A DNA stretch of 63,559 nt, the filler included, from Choristocarpus tenellus KU-1152 (Eukaryota > Protista > Phaeophyceae): assembly GCA_964200185.2 (NCBI GenBank). It is 9 parts of 9 records of this genome, joined end to end, with 100 filler letters (N's around TTAATTAATTAA, not from the genome) between each part and the next. Parts side by side here need not be neighbours in the genome. Positions count along the whole stretch, not along the records: positions 11,030 to 16,033 come from CAXNAD020012203.1; positions 16,134 to 19,721 come from CAXNAD020019089.1; positions 19,822 to 34,696 come from CAXNAD020001100.1; 6 more parts are not named here. One strand, 5' to 3'. Shown piece by piece: positions 14,924 to 29,000 of the stretch. The notes under the pieces are model-generated. The model was given only the letters and a program-made list of their open reading frames with translations. It did not search any database and was not told where the DNA came from. A program made the position numbers and the translations under genes. How positions within the stretch are numbered: position 1 is the stretch's first letter; each line of letters starts with the position of its first letter.

Positions 14924-15508
14924 CTTGATCTTGTTGTGCGATACTCTTCGTGCTTACTCTTCACAATTGATGTTGAACTCAGTCCACATTACAGTAATGG
15001 ACTGAGAGCCACCATGTAAGGGCACTTCGAGATGTGGTGCACCTGCCATTTGCACCTCTCACATGTCCCATTTATGCAAGGGTTCGCATAACCTCTCCCC
15101 ATAGCCGCAGTCTCTGCACCAACCGGCTCAACTGCACCTGAATGAGATGGCAGTGCAGAGATTTGTGGACATGTGTGGAAACAACTCTCTGAATGAACTT
15201 CAGGTAAGGAGGATCGGAGGAGAAGAAGCGCACAAGAAGTTAGGGAATACGGAAAGTTAAAAGGGAGTAGAGATTATTTACGATGGGTTGTCAACTCACA
15301 GTAGGAAGTTCATCGTGCTGGATGGACTCTTGAGGGTAGTCTCGACTCTTCCCAGTTGCAATCTTTCCCCGTCTTTCAAAATTCACAGTCACAGGAGCAA
15401 GCTTGCTTGTCTCCCTGAAGCAATGTCCTCTGGTGTTCTTCGTTCAAGTTGTTCCTCAAGCACAGGATGAGCATGTCAATGGAAAGGTGATGCACTCAAA
15501 CATAGGAC
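14924..15508 (-). pseudogene. Sola2-type transposase N-terminal fragment (two exons, Cys-rich region)
   Basis: Exon 15508-15300 SYV*VHHLSIDMLILCLRNN...CSCDCEF...MNFLL; intron 15299-15138; exon from 15137 containing PCINGTCERCKW...KCPYM. Collinear with the relic at 53706-54400, with the same intron positions and phases. Confidence 0.7.
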
Positions 15509-15702
15509 CTTCACATCAAAGGAGGATGTGAGATGTGTGGGTGTAATACGATGGTAGTAGGTCATGTGTGTGCAGTGTGTTGTAGTCGATCTGGTCGTTG
15601 TTCTCAGACAAGTGCTACCTATGCAACGGAGTGGATGGTGAAGTCTTTTGGTCACCTTGTTGTCACCTTGGAGATGCAGACGGATCTCCATTTCATGAAA
15701 GT

Positions 15703-15976
15703 GGTCCAAAGCATTTCAGAGGGTAGGGCCGCATCCTTTTGGGGTTGTAAGTCCAACTTTGCGATTTTGATGTAATTTTGGCGATTGTATTTATTAGCAA
15801 GAAGTCAATATTCTGACTCTGGACAAACCTTTCATAGTCGTGTTTTTACCTACTTCAAACTGTTTCGGAGTAGGGAGCTGTGTTCACAGAAAACAGAAAA
15901 AGGGCGTAAATAACTGTGGGAAGTCATGGCCCAAATGCACAGGGGTAAACTCCTACCCTCTGAAATGCTTTGGATC
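15703..15976. mobile_element. MITE family 1 variant copy B with divergent, perfectly matched TIRs
   Basis: 23-bp perfect inverted repeat 15705-15727 / 15952-15974; interior homologous to family 1 in reverse orientation. Confidence 0.85.
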
Positions 15977-16014
15977 GGTTGTGTGGCAAGGTGTTCTCCC
16001 ATCCAAGCCCTTGT

Positions 16015-16033
16015 GACCGAAAATATCTGGGGG
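16015..16033. mobile_element. MITE terminus (G-tract subfamily) at contig end
   Basis: GACCGAAAATATCTGGGGG. Confidence 0.55.
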
Positions 16034-16133
16034 NNNNNNNNNNNNNNNNNNNNNNNNNNNNNNNNNNNNNNNNNNNNTTAATTAATTAANNNNNNNNNNN
16101 NNNNNNNNNNNNNNNNNNNNNNNNNNNNNNNNN
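16034..16133. other. Artificial contig linker
   Basis: N44-TTAATTAATTAA-N44. Confidence 0.99.
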
Positions 16134-16599
16134 GAAATAATCGAGTTATTTACACACACAAGTCTTGGGAACACCAGTTTCTTTAACATACCACACACAG
16201 AAAACTTAAGCAGTCCCAACTTCTGTCAGTGGGGATGGGTCTTAATGGCCATTCATATACGCCATTATGAGCTTGACGTCCGAGGTCTTAAATGCCGTGT
16301 TTCTTGACATTTATTAATTATTTGGTTGTTGTGAGACCATTGCCTGTGTTATGTTTGTCCCTGTTCTTTTTCTATCTAAATCAAACCACAAAGTGAATAA
16401 TCAAAGTGAAAGATACAGCATATTTCTTCGTATTTAAATTATGACCATACCACACTCTGACATGAGCAAATCCGTTGTTCAGTTGGGTCAGGGTTCAGGT
16501 TAGGGTTGGGGTCGCTACTGCTGCTGCTGCTGTCTCCGACCTCCCATTTAAGGGGTGATTATGCATCATTCTCAGTGAAATCCTGGTGTGAGAGACCAT

Positions 16600-18800
16600 C
16601 CCCATCTCGGTCATGCTCAGTATCGTGGCCAATACCTGATGGAACCAGAACTTCAATTGCCATGTTTCCTCCGGAGAAAGGAAGGCCTGTCTGTGAAGAT
16701 TAATGTAAAATAATCGCCAGGGCATTGTAGAAGTACTTCTCCACTAACTTGGAACGCTTTATCTCTTTGTAATAGGATCCGTTGACCATCTGCTGCCTCG
16801 CTGAAGCGACGCTTCCTCAGAGGAGCTTCTGGTTGCCCTTAACAATTGCCAATGTCGACGGCAGTGTCGTCTCAGAGATGGGCAAGGACCAGCACCACCA
16901 TACTCCCCCCCAACATGCTGGAGAGTGCCTCCGTCCTGAGAGGAGCACAATTTACAATTTCTTGAGTTGGAACATTTTTATGGTATTCCTTGAGGAATCA
17001 TTTGTGAGTTGCATTCATTGCAACAATGAAGTACACACCGTATACTCCCTTCAGTGCAACTGCAGATAGATGTTACAGAAGCAAATGCCGCATCTAAATC
17101 GACGTGGTAGGGCCATCCTCTGAGCGGGGCAAGGAGACGGAACATGAGACCAGTCCCAGCCTTAAATTGATTGCCAGAAGTCTTTTTGACCTCACAAACA
17201 TAGACTTCATCAATTCCATGGAGTACAGGATATTTTCTGTTCACAATCAATAATTTTAATCTCTTGTCGAAAGCTCCTAGGCTCCTCATAGCATTGATAA
17301 TAATGTAGGACACACCAGACAGTCTCATGTTCCTATCCAACCCCCTTCTCATAACTACAATGACTTGTTGACAGTTAGCTCCAATGAAGACCGAAACACA
17401 GCAGCTCCAAGAATTGACAAAGCCCTCCACTTCTGCCTAATATTTTGGCGTCCAGTTAACCTCCACCCACATCTCCCATGATATCATGATTCAACGCGAA
17501 TGGCGGTAGGAGGACCTTGGACCAGGAATATGTCATGGACGCCCGAAGGTTGGATGCAGCCTAGCCTTTCTCCAATAAACCTGTATGTCTCCTGTCCATG
17601 TTGGAAGCGACCGTTGTCCCAAGCAAGGCACCCAACCGATGCCAAATGTGAGTGGCACTTCCAGCTGATCGGGTCTCATATTAGTGTTTGTCGCCGCTAC
17701 TATTATTACAGGCGAATAGCGCAAGTATATCTTTCTGCGTGCTAAAATGCGCGAACAGTATACATACGTAAGAATAATGTAGGAGGAACTTTGAATTGGT
17801 TGAAGATGTGTAGAGTAAGATTTGAAATGCAAACATAATTTTTCAGAATAGATGCCAATTCCTGAAAGTTGCAGAATAAAGGTTCATGATTGAAGTATCT
17901 ATTTAGCAGTTTGCAGACTTCATGAACTCTTTGGCTGTAGAAAAATTGTGAATGATGTTAATAAAAGGCTGATGCGGATGATAACACCCTCAGTTCTTTT
18001 GATTCTTACCTATTTTGATAAAGCGAAAAGCAAGACATTTGCTGAACTAAGCATCAAGCTGACACCGTATGTGGTTATCATCTGTGGACCCCCGCGTAGC
18101 GTCGTTTTAAGGTCGTTGGATTTGAGTTGCATATCCTGTGGAGGTGAGTTCGGGGGCACGCTGCAACATGGAGGTTCTACCGCCTCTCTTCAAACTGGAG
18201 AGAATACTCCGTATTCACCTCAACACTTAGGATTCTGCGTAGCTTCCTACGTCCGCCTGGATTATTTTCTTTTCCCACTTGGGTTTGTGATCTTCATTTG
18301 GTGTCCACAGGGTTTTCTTCTTCTTGGCCTCGTTGTCTCCGTGGGTGTGGTGGCATCTGTGGCTCCGAGGGAACCATCTTCCTTCATTGTTATACAACGA
18401 GTGGTCTCTGACCGCCACATCAGCCACCTATAGTCCTATAGTCGCAAATGAGTGGTTTTTGACCGCCATGGCATAGACGTTGTCTAGGTAGTTCTTCCTC
18501 ACCATTCGTACACTCACATTCCCGATTTTTTTTTCGTGTGTCACGTGTTCTTTTTTTTCACAGGTTCCGCTGGGAATCAGTGATTCGGAGAGGTTCCTGC
18601 CCTGGGCCAGACTTTGCGAGAACTCTTGCAACAGTCGTGACAGCTCAACGTGTTTAGGCATCGCGTCCACGCATCAATAACTTCACCCCTTTCCACATCG
18701 AGCTCCTCAAAAACTCTTGTCTGACTTTCTTAGGATACACAGCGGTCCTTTCAGGTGCTTCATCTGTAATCGACGTCCCACGCTTACAAGGACAGGTCTT
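16600..18800 (-). pseudogene. Decayed coding relic of unknown origin; C-terminal part possibly 2OG-Fe(II) dioxygenase-like
   Basis: Broken protein-like frames on the minus strand: RVFEELDVERGEVIDAWTRCLNTLSCHDCC, GWPYHVDLD (17098-17106), WSLPISETTLPSTLAIVKGNQK, QCPGDYF, LHR; many stops and frameshifts. Confidence 0.3.
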
Positions 18801-19001
18801 ACAGATCTGTTGAGATGACGTTACGGCAACTGAGTGGGTCTATATTTTGGTGAGAGGATGCGCCCTTTTGGGATGGCCAGTCGACAACTGTGGTAAAGGT
18901 TACCATGTTATTTTTTTTTTAAGAGCGAGAAAGGTGCGACGCGGGAGGCTGCAGCCATAGCCTAGTTTTGCACTACTGATCGTATGTGGTGGACTTGCAG
19001 A

Positions 19002-19273
19002 GAGTCAAAGTATCTTAGAGGGTAGAGCCGTGTCCGTTTGGGGACCAAACCCAATGTTGCGATTTTGATGTAATTTTGGCTATCGTATTTGTTACGAAGT
19101 GTCAAATCTCGTTGTCAAATCACGTTGTTCCAGACAAATCTTTTCGTAACGTAAACATTTTACCTATTCCGAAACATTTCCGATTAGGAAAATTGTCACA
19201 AGGAACCCGTGGGAAGCCAAGCCCCAAACGGACAAACAGGGCAAAACTCATACCCTCTAAGATATTTTCACGC
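19002..19273. mobile_element. MITE family 1 copy C
   Basis: GAGTCAAAGTATCTTAGAGGGT...ACCCTCTAAGATATTTTCACGC, flanked by AGA/AGA. Confidence 0.92.
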
Positions 19274-19721
19274 AGATGCCTCATATATTTGAAGCTCTTT
19301 TTTGGGGGGGGATATATAGGTGAAGATCAACTCATTGATTTGTACCAACGAGCCCAACTTACCCAAATCAAATTACCCTCTATTCTCTATATACAGTACC
19401 TACCCCGATTTTGGGCCAAATGTTATGAACCAAATCGAAAAATATGCAATTTTGTACCGCTTTTCTCGACATGCGAAAAAAATAGGTTTTTGTACCGGAA
19501 TTCTCGTATTCGGGCGATTTGGCACAAACTCCCAGAGATATTCACGCGAGATTGGCGGGCGTAAAAAATTCTCGCGAAAAGTGCCTTTCTTCCTGAGTCA
19601 TACAGCAGTACAGTACGTTGCTGGTAGGGAATAAAGTGGAAGCCATGCCTTGTGCCGCGGGAAACCTCTGCAAGATGCCTTCAAACACACCGGGTCCGCC
19701 TTTCTACACAATCCACAAGTG

Positions 19722-19821
19722 NNNNNNNNNNNNNNNNNNNNNNNNNNNNNNNNNNNNNNNNNNNNTTAATTAATTAANNNNNNNNNNNNNNNNNNNNNNN
19801 NNNNNNNNNNNNNNNNNNNNN
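19722..19821. other. Artificial contig linker
   Basis: N44-TTAATTAATTAA-N44. Confidence 0.99.
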
Positions 19822-19888
19822 TTGCTGATTTTGGTCCAAATGGACACCCTAGTGTAGACCCCCCCCCCCCTCCCAGATACTTTGGGTC
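19822..19888. mobile_element. MITE family 2 end at contig start
   Basis: CCAAATGGACACCCTAGTGTAGAC-C(n)-TCCCAGATACTTTGGGTC, matching the end of the copy at 44322-44503. Confidence 0.8.
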
Positions 19889-20014
19889 TTCCATAGTTTA
19901 CAGTGTATGGCTTCTTCCAAGACTGGACGTCACTACTGATGCCCATCCCCTTTTCTCCATTTTCCCCTGCACCCCTCGGAACGAATGAATCAAAACTGAC
20001 TCACTTGTGGCAAG

Positions 20015-23000
20015 GAATGCTGAGCGACTTTGTCAGATTGGCCGACTACCTGGCTGTGGAGGCTTTAGTGACACTGACGGTCAAGACAAACCAGGCGTTC
20101 CTCGCTGAACTGACAAGACCTCGGAAGGTAACCAGGACTACCTTGTGTAGGCAATGTCATCCTCAGTATCACTTTGGATGTCATGAGGTAGAAAATTTCT
20201 TTTTGCACAGTGAACTGTACCCCAGGCAAACACTTGGAAAAAAACAGTGTATATTGAAGGATATGGAATACGATATAAAGGTTTGCCTGGGGTACAGTTG
20301 ATATAAAGGTTATGAGGATATATATGGAAGGATGAGAGATCAGAATACGATTGGGAAGGCCGAATTTGCATGCCCTAAAGAAGGCAGCAGGAGCTAAAAT
20401 AGTGTCATTTTATCTGTGTTAGCCTAGCCACCGCGAGTATTGGTTTCGATATTGGACCACTTCTCTACATATTTGGCCGATATTTATCCATACATGTGCT
20501 TCTAGTACATTGGAATGCGATTTTTCACTTATGTTGACCAATGTTTGCCCCTTCTTCTACAACCATCGCTTCCTAAGTGGGATTAGCTGCAGTTCAGGCC
20601 TGGGAGGTTGGTTGTTAGGCCGAAGATTGTGATGGCCCTAAACAGTCGAAAGGGCCTAAAAATTGACCCCCTCTAAAATAGGATTGCTCTACTAGAACGT
20701 ATGACACAAATACATAGGACTATTTCGCAACAATTCGATATTTGTCGTGTATCTTCTTTGGCTGTAGGACCCCAATACATCGTGGTAATTCCCCACCCCC
20801 CAAAAATAGAATAAAACATAGAACATGAGCAAAACATAAATATTTGTGATGACTTCACGACATTTTGTGGAAAATATCTAGATGGAACCTCAGGCGAGTT
20901 AGAACCTCGCTTTGGCCACACAGCCCACCCAATAGAGTCTCACACCTCGGATATGCACTCTAGGAGGCGCACAGGATGGTGGGTAGACTAGTTGATGAGG
21001 GTTGCTTCAGGTTTGCTTGCACCTTCTGAACATTGGCTGCTGATACAGTATCCTAATGCACTGCGCTGGTCCGATACATTTGCACTAGCTGGAGCACTCT
21101 CCCTCCAAAGTTTGGCACCGTGAAAAGGCTATATGATTGAACTATTGCCAATGTTCAAAGATCATTACAGCCAGCTTGACGTTCGGAATCTGACTATCAA
21201 TACAATATCACATAATCTATTGCACAGCTCTTTGTTCGACAAATTTTGAAGACCCTGTTGTATGGGGGACCTCACACAACTGTGTCTATACTTCTTTGTT
21301 TGGCACTGCAATATGAGTGTGGTGGACGGATTTGTTGGAGTTTAAAGTTTCATTTGGCCTCCCTTTTGCGCAAAGAAGTCAATGGTCACCATCCTATACA
21401 CTGATTCCTCAACAAAAGATCATGCAATTATATTGTGGGAAGAATTACCCCCCGAAATACTCTTTAGCATATACGATGGAAGAGTCTCATTGGTTGTTTC
21501 AAATGGTGTTGATCCACTTGTTGATTTTGGCAACAGAGGAAAAACAAAACAACTCATGAGGCTGGTAGAATGACCAATACACGATTTTAGATCTTTGAAA
21601 CACCATCAGTTTGTGTTTGGCTGCGAGGTAGAAATCTGAATAGGGAGAGACTTTTCTTGTGGGTGCAGTACGACCACCACTAAGAAACCGTTGACAGCAT
21701 ACTCCAAATTGCTTACATTGTTAGTGGTAGAATATCGTAACACCATACTCCTCCACCGACTTCTGATCTCATAGTCGGCAGAAATCGAACCTTTTCTGGA
21801 TATAGCTGGTCACCCACACCCCCAAAAGGTCCAATTTAAGCCACTGCTACAATTGTTGATGCTTGAATCACCTTTTGGTATTGTGCAACATATAGACTAG
21901 TAGAACTATCACAAAGTATTCTTGGAACATGTAACTGGCTCTGAAACCATCAGTGTATGAATGATACAGGATGTTGCTACTTTGGTCACCTGTTGATATC
22001 CTGCATTAATTTCACTGCTAGAATCGCTACAAAGTGGTATTGGATCTTTGAAGCAGCTATGAAACCGCTAGCGTGTGCCTCGAGCCAAATGTTGGTGCAT
22101 AAGTCACCTCTAGATATTGTGCAGCCATTGGCAGTCACAAAAACGATTTTCGATCCTTCAAATGACTTTAAACTGAAAATGCGTTTCTGTGTGTATTGAT
22201 GGTTAACTGAATTGTTGGTAACATACTGCAGTTGGGCTGGAAGAATGGCAAAAAAGCGGACTTGAATCCTTGCAACAGCTCTTAAACCTCAATGTTCCAC
22301 TTGCTAAAAGGGTTCTATTATGCCTATGGTACTTGGTAATAAGTGAAAGTATCAGAGAGGGTACAAGTTTTGCCCTGCTTGTCCATTTGGGACTTGGCTT
22401 CCCTCGGGGTTTTTATGACATTTTCCTACTCCATAATATTTCGGAGTATGTAACATGTGTATGTTAATGAAAAGGTGTGTTTGAAACAAGGATATTGTCA
22501 CTTCCTAACGGAACACGATAGGAAAAATTACATCAAAATCGCAACACTGGATATTGACCCTCAAATGGACGCGGCTCTACCCTCTAAGATAGTTTGGCTC
22601 AATATCCTTGCAACTATTGAACTGGGAGAGCGGTCCTATGATGGTTTCGGATCCTTGAAAGCGCTGAGATCCGCCATTGTGTGATTCGCTCCAAATGCTG
22701 CTGCTTAGTCTTGATATTGGTAGACGTTTAGACAGGTAGAGAGTCACAAACCGGTCATGGATCCTTGAAACCACTTTGAGATCGCAAGTGCTTGCTCTAC
22801 AGGAAATGTTGCCGCTTCAGGTCACCTATTAGTATCCTGCAACTGTTGGTCAGGTAGAGAGATCACAAACCGTCAGTGTCTGCCAGAGCGTTTTTCTCTC
22901 CAGAGGTTGCTGCTTAAGTCACCTGGTAGTATCCTGCAACCGTTAGACTTGTAGAATGGCCACAAAGCGGTCTTGGATCCTCCAAAGAGTCCTCTGTAAT

Positions 23001-26000
23001 TGTTTCGTGCTTACCTGCAAGCGTTGCTGATTTAGTGAGGAACAGGTTTCCTGCAACGATTTGGCAGGTCGAGTTGGCACAAAGCAGTTAGAGAACCTTA
23101 AAGATACTGCGAAACCACCAGTTTGTGTTTCGCTGGAAGTATGCTGCAAAAGCTACATCTTGGTATTAACCAGGGATCAATACACGAGTAGAGGGGCCAA
23201 AACGTGGTTGGGGATCCTTGAAATAGCCTTGGAATTGCCAATATGCCCCTCACTGCAAGTGCTGGTGGTTAAGTCATTTCTTGGTATCCTGCGACAATTT
23301 TGGTAGGCAGAGAAGCAAAAGAACAATTTAAATCCTTGAAAGTTGTGAAACTGTCAACATGTGTTGTGCTGAAAATGTGCTCTTATAAAGTCACATATTT
23401 GTTTTCTCCAATTCTTTGAAGAGTAGAACGGTCTCAAAAGTGTATGACTCCTTCGAAAATGTTGAATCCGCCTGTGTGAGTTTCCACCGAGTGGTAACAA
23501 AACGGTTTTGATACTGGGAACAACTGTGAAACCACGGATGTTCTTTTGGATGCAAATGGTGCTGCTTATATAACTTCTTTGTGTCTCACTGCTATTGGAC
23601 TAGCAGAGCGATAGTAAAGGGGCTATGGATAATTGAAATGACAGTGAATCCATCAGTATGTGCATTAGTGCAATGTTTTCCACTCTAATCACCTGTTGAT
23701 GTCCTATGACTATTCGGCTCTTAGAACGACCACAGAACGGTATTGGATCCTCCAAACGACCCTGGAACCGTCATTGTGTGTCGGTGTATATTTATCTTAA
23801 TGTTTGTAGTGCATGTCACTGGTTAGTACCCCGAAGTATCCCACTACCATTGGACTGGAAATATAGCCACAAAACTGTTTAAAATGATTGAAACAGGTCT
23901 TCTTCCGTCACTCTACTCTGCACGTAAACGGTTTTTATCCAAGTCATTTATTCCCGAAACCATTGGACTTGTAGGGCGACCACAGACCGGTTTTTGATAC
24001 TTTGAAACAAGTGTTAAACTGACAGTAGTCTTGTCTTTTACTGCAAATATTGCTGCCCAGAGCAACTCCTTGCCTCTCGAAATATTATACAGTTGAGGGG
24101 AAAATATATACTATTATGGGTTGCTTGAGACAGATCTCTCTAACGTCAGTTTGTGTTGAGTTTCCCTGCCAATGCTAGTGCCGTATTTCTTGAAGCAGTA
24201 GAAGGTTTGTTTAGGATCAAATAGAGCAGTTTAGCATCAGAACATACCCGGATATGGTGAGCACATTTATGGCTATAACACACTGATGCCTATTGCTGAA
24301 TTCATGCTCCGCGCTCATTGCCCTGTTGCTCTTGCCCTACCTAGTGCCAGGGCTGCACTTGAGTCTCCCCTTCATGTTGCTCCTATTCATCAACCCAATG
24401 TTGCGTTTTTTCCTACACCAGGCCGGTCTGTTTGAGACCACAGTGCAGTTCATGGAAGAAGGTACAACATTTTCGCCTACTGTGGACGAAATCAAGGTGC
24501 GAAACCTGCAACTGGACACTGACATGGCGACTGGCGAAAACGTAGGGAGACGGGTGGAGGAAGAAGGAGGCAAGGGACAGCTGTAGCAAGATCTTGGTTG
24601 ATTCATTGGCGTCTGCAGTGGTCCTAGATCTACTTGAGTGAAATTATCTTAGAGGGTAGGGCCGCGTCCATTTGGGGGCCAAAATCTAATGTTGCGATTT
24701 TGATGTAATTTTGGCTATCATGTTTGTTAGGAAGTGTCAATGTCCTTCTTCCGGACACACCTTTTCATGAAGTATACATTTTACCTACTCCAAAATATTT
24801 TGGAATAAGAAAATGTCATAAAAAACCCCGAGGAAAGCTAAGTCCCAAATGGACAAACAGGGCAAAACTCGTATGCTCTAAGAGGCTTTAACTACACTTC
24901 CAACACTTTCCAAGCATCATCACAGCAGATAACACAATTCAATAACAAATGTACACTGACACAACCAATCACCAATGGTAGACTCCTTTGTTATAATCTC
25001 AAACCAAGCAGCTGCCTTGTGATACCCTTCACATAGTATGTCCAAACTACATATTTCAAACATCACACCTTTATTTGACAAGTTCATCACAAGATACATC
25101 CGCACCCACCAAGCTAAATCAAAATTCGTCAAAAAAAACAGGAGATGGTTTCAACTATGACGGAGGCCATTATTAGCACTGTCAACTCTGTTGGTCGAAT
25201 TTTGTACCTTCGACCCTTCAACGAGCGGGTAGGTGACACTGTCAAGGATGGACCAAACATCCACAACATTATTCAGGGGTCAAGGATATTCTCGGCTACA
25301 TCAGCTGATGTGTTCGGCAAGGTTGAAAACGACTTTGCAGAAGCAGAGGTTAGTTCTATTGAGGGTTAGACAATTACCCAGACTAAGTCACTTGAAACTT
25401 TCCCTGACTACAAATATGCTATCACATACAGCATTTGCTAGGTTTGGAAATATATATGAATATTACATTACCTGACAACCACTGTCATTGTGAAGAATCC
25501 ATCGTCCCAAGCAAACAAGTAGATTGAGGTAGATCCCAATTCCAATGGTACCAAAGTCAGAAGTCCACTTTAGCTACATGTTGTGAAACCCATTTAAACA
25601 GGCGACTATCAAAATTTGATCTGCACCAGGAATATGTGGTGACCTTCGAATCTGTCCGCCCAATATATGAGTATAGCCGTTCTTGGGACTTCGAAGCATA
25701 CAAAAAGCAGTCTCACACTGTGAGCACACTCAAGGAGCAGATGGTACGCATCAGCAACTGGGTGAATGAGCTCGAGAAGATGCGGGCACGCCAACCTTGC
25801 GGCATCCTGGAGGTGTGCCTTAAGTACCCCCCCTTACCATATTCAACTCTATTTCCTTTGTTGTCATTCAGAGCGTAGATATACATAAAATAATAATAGA
25901 AGATTGCATTCAATTCTAGACTTTATAGCAGTACAATTAATCTCAATGCCTGAAAGGTTTTCTCTATTGCTGGCTTCCAAGCGACCTTCAATCGCATATG

Positions 26001-29000
26001 CCCCCACATGGTAGAATGCATGGAGGTAATGCCAATGCCCGCACACATCATCAAGTTGTGCTAATGGTTAATGTCGCTCCCCTTGGATCCATATAATTGA
26101 AGTCATAGAATGAATCTATTGTTTTCTGACTTTGTGTTGCTTGTGGTGGGTCTAACCATGGGTACAAAGCTCTCTGAAATTTACAGAGTATAGAGTGGTG
26201 ATGGTGTGCGTCGAGGTCTACCAAGGCATTTGTATAATTCAAACTCCACAATGTTGTTGACTCATTTAGAACCACGCGAGTGACTACTCGATAAATGGGT
26301 CAACTACGGATAACAATCTTGGCCAGATACTGTACGTCGACTGAGACTCAAAGATCGAGCCAGGATATGAAAGTAATCCACACTCCATGCAAAAAAAATC
26401 AGACCCTGAATCTATTCATGTATCCTTAACGTGTATATTAGCATTGATCCAGGACAACCCCCCCTAAATTGGATAATACTGGCATGTGGCACCTTCAGTC
26501 CATTTCTTCTGTCAATAAGTGCAGTGATGCATTACCATTGCGTTGAACAGTGAAAAAGAAGTACAAGCATGGCATGAGCAGCCTAGAGAGCGTAAAAATA
26601 CCAATCGAAGCATTTCAATGACCAAGGGATGCACAGTTCACCCTAGTCCTTCATACGGATCAGTTTTCACCAAGAGAACACTGCGAACATCCAAGAAGAG
26701 CACCACTGCTACTGTGTTGACTCTAGTCTATTGTATTCCGTGAGACTCATTGATTGGCATTCCAGGAATGATCTGAAGACTGAAAGTATCTTAGAGGGTA
26801 CGAGTTTTGCCCTTTTTGTCCATTTGGGGCTTGGCTTATCATGGGATCTTTTATGACATTTTCCTACTCCAAAATATTTAGGAGTCGATAAAGTGTGTAT
26901 GTCACTAAGAGGTGTGCCGGAAACATGGATACTGGCCCTTCCTAACAAACACGATAGCCAAAACTACATCAAAATCGCAACATTGGATTTTGGCCCCCTA
27001 ATGAATGCGGCTCTACCCTCTAAGATACTTTGGCTCTGAACTCTGTATTTTTAATAGTAGAGCGTACTAGTGTGGACTGTAATTGCAATTCAACTACTCT
27101 GGACGACACGATTTCGACTTTCCACATCTGATGTGCATTTCATTGCCTTTGAGAAGCAGGGATGTTATCACCTGACATTGACATAAATCCCCAGAAAATA
27201 AAAAGTCTTACCCATGCTTGATGCAAAGGTTGAGAGTCGCAAGCTGAAGCAGATGCTCATCCCTATGACGGAGGAAAAAATGGACCAAATGAAGACTCTT
27301 GTCAGGGATTTGGCAAGAGCTAGGTGTAAGGACCAGCTCGGTGGGTAGAAAATGCTACACTTGACTGAGCATCACTGATTCGAAACAATGGCTTGAATAC
27401 TTGATATTTTCTCCAGTGGAACCAACTCCAGCTATTCACGTATTGCAAAACATAGAATCAGTCTTGGGGGGGGAGAGAGAATTGTCGTCAACCAACGCAT
27501 TGAATGCTTGAATTTGGGGACTGATAAAGAGCCTGAGTGTGACCCAGACGCTAAACTTTGACCTTCAGTGCTATAGCAGACTGACAGATTTGCTTCCAAT
27601 AATCATTGGCTGGTCAAGAAAAGTCTGCTTTTAACCTAAATGGTTACTCTCTTCTTTCATTCTGCGGATGTTGTTCTGCTCAAGCATTCAGTTTCTTCTG
27701 CCAGGGAAAGTAAGATCTCTTACCTCTTCCTCACATGCTCAGTACAAGAATTGTTTTGTCATTCAACAACCAACACATCTCTTGATCGCATGTCTCCATA
27801 CAATATACCAGTCAAGTACAAGCAGAGGCTGGCACAGATTGCCCAGAAGCCGGTCCATCTGAAAGACTTTGCCGGGTAAGCTTCGCACAAATGGAGTCAT
27901 GCCATTCTCCTCCTCTTGCTTAGCCCCGAACCGACCTTTTTTGCTAGTATGTGTGAAGACATGCGATCAATAGGCTACGATTATATTAAGTAGGGATAAA
28001 GTTTGTCTTTACTTCTGGTACGAAATGCTTTGTTCCCAGTAGTGAGTTAGCTTCAAGGTTAGGACAATCCACAATATTTTCTTGGAACTATGGCAACTTT
28101 TTTGTTCTTTTCTGCCCGTTTGTTGTGTCCAACGCAGAAGACCAATCATTGGGGACACCAGATGTTGACTGAAGGAAAGTCTTGCTGAATTTGTTTAGAC
28201 AAGGCAATAAATTGCTGTTCTTTGGGTGGCGATGGATCATTGAATGGATATGAAATACTCTGCAGCGTGCAATAGGGCATAAACAACACTTGCGTGTCTT
28301 TGTGCTATGTGCTTGTGCAAAATAAATTGATCTACCAAGACCTTATCTGCACACTGGAGCTATTGCTAGATAATGAAGTCCCATCCTTTTACTTTTTGAT
28401 GTAAATTTGTAATTTGATTCCAATTTTCTTTGAATGAGTAATCAAATAAGGGGAAAAAAGGGAGCAAGTGCGGCTTCCCCCGCAAATATAAGTCCTTTCA
28501 TATACCCCTTTCAACAACGTGATTGTACTCACAGTAGATGCATCGTTCTCCCTAGACATCACTTTTGGTGTGCCTTCCTATGAAGACTTTACTTCTAGCA
28601 CAGAGTCATGGCATTTTGAACTCTTTCTAAATTTTCATTGAAGGCAATGCCAACAAGGGTATCGTCAACATATGAGTCGTTCCTCTTGAACATGGTAATA
28701 CCGTGCTGGGATCATTCAGATTCTCTCCTTACTGAGCCCCTGTTGACACATAACTAAGCTAAATATCCACACATGCACCCATATGACCTTTCCCCTTTCA
28801 CATGGACAACCTCCGGTACCTCTGCACCTGTTGGTTGGCTACATGTATCGCCTATTACATGCCTAATTTCCCCACACACTGCATCTCTGCCATCCTTCCA
28901 AGCCAGGTATGTCGAGCAGCTTGAGAATCTTCGTTCTCAGGAAAAGAGCATTGTTCGGAATACTCAGGTTGTGGAGCAAATGTATTCGTTGCTCAGCCAC

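Noticed and set aside
17505-17535. IFLVQGPPT on the minus strand as a helicase Walker A
   Set aside because: Lacks GxGKT and no other helicase motifs follow.
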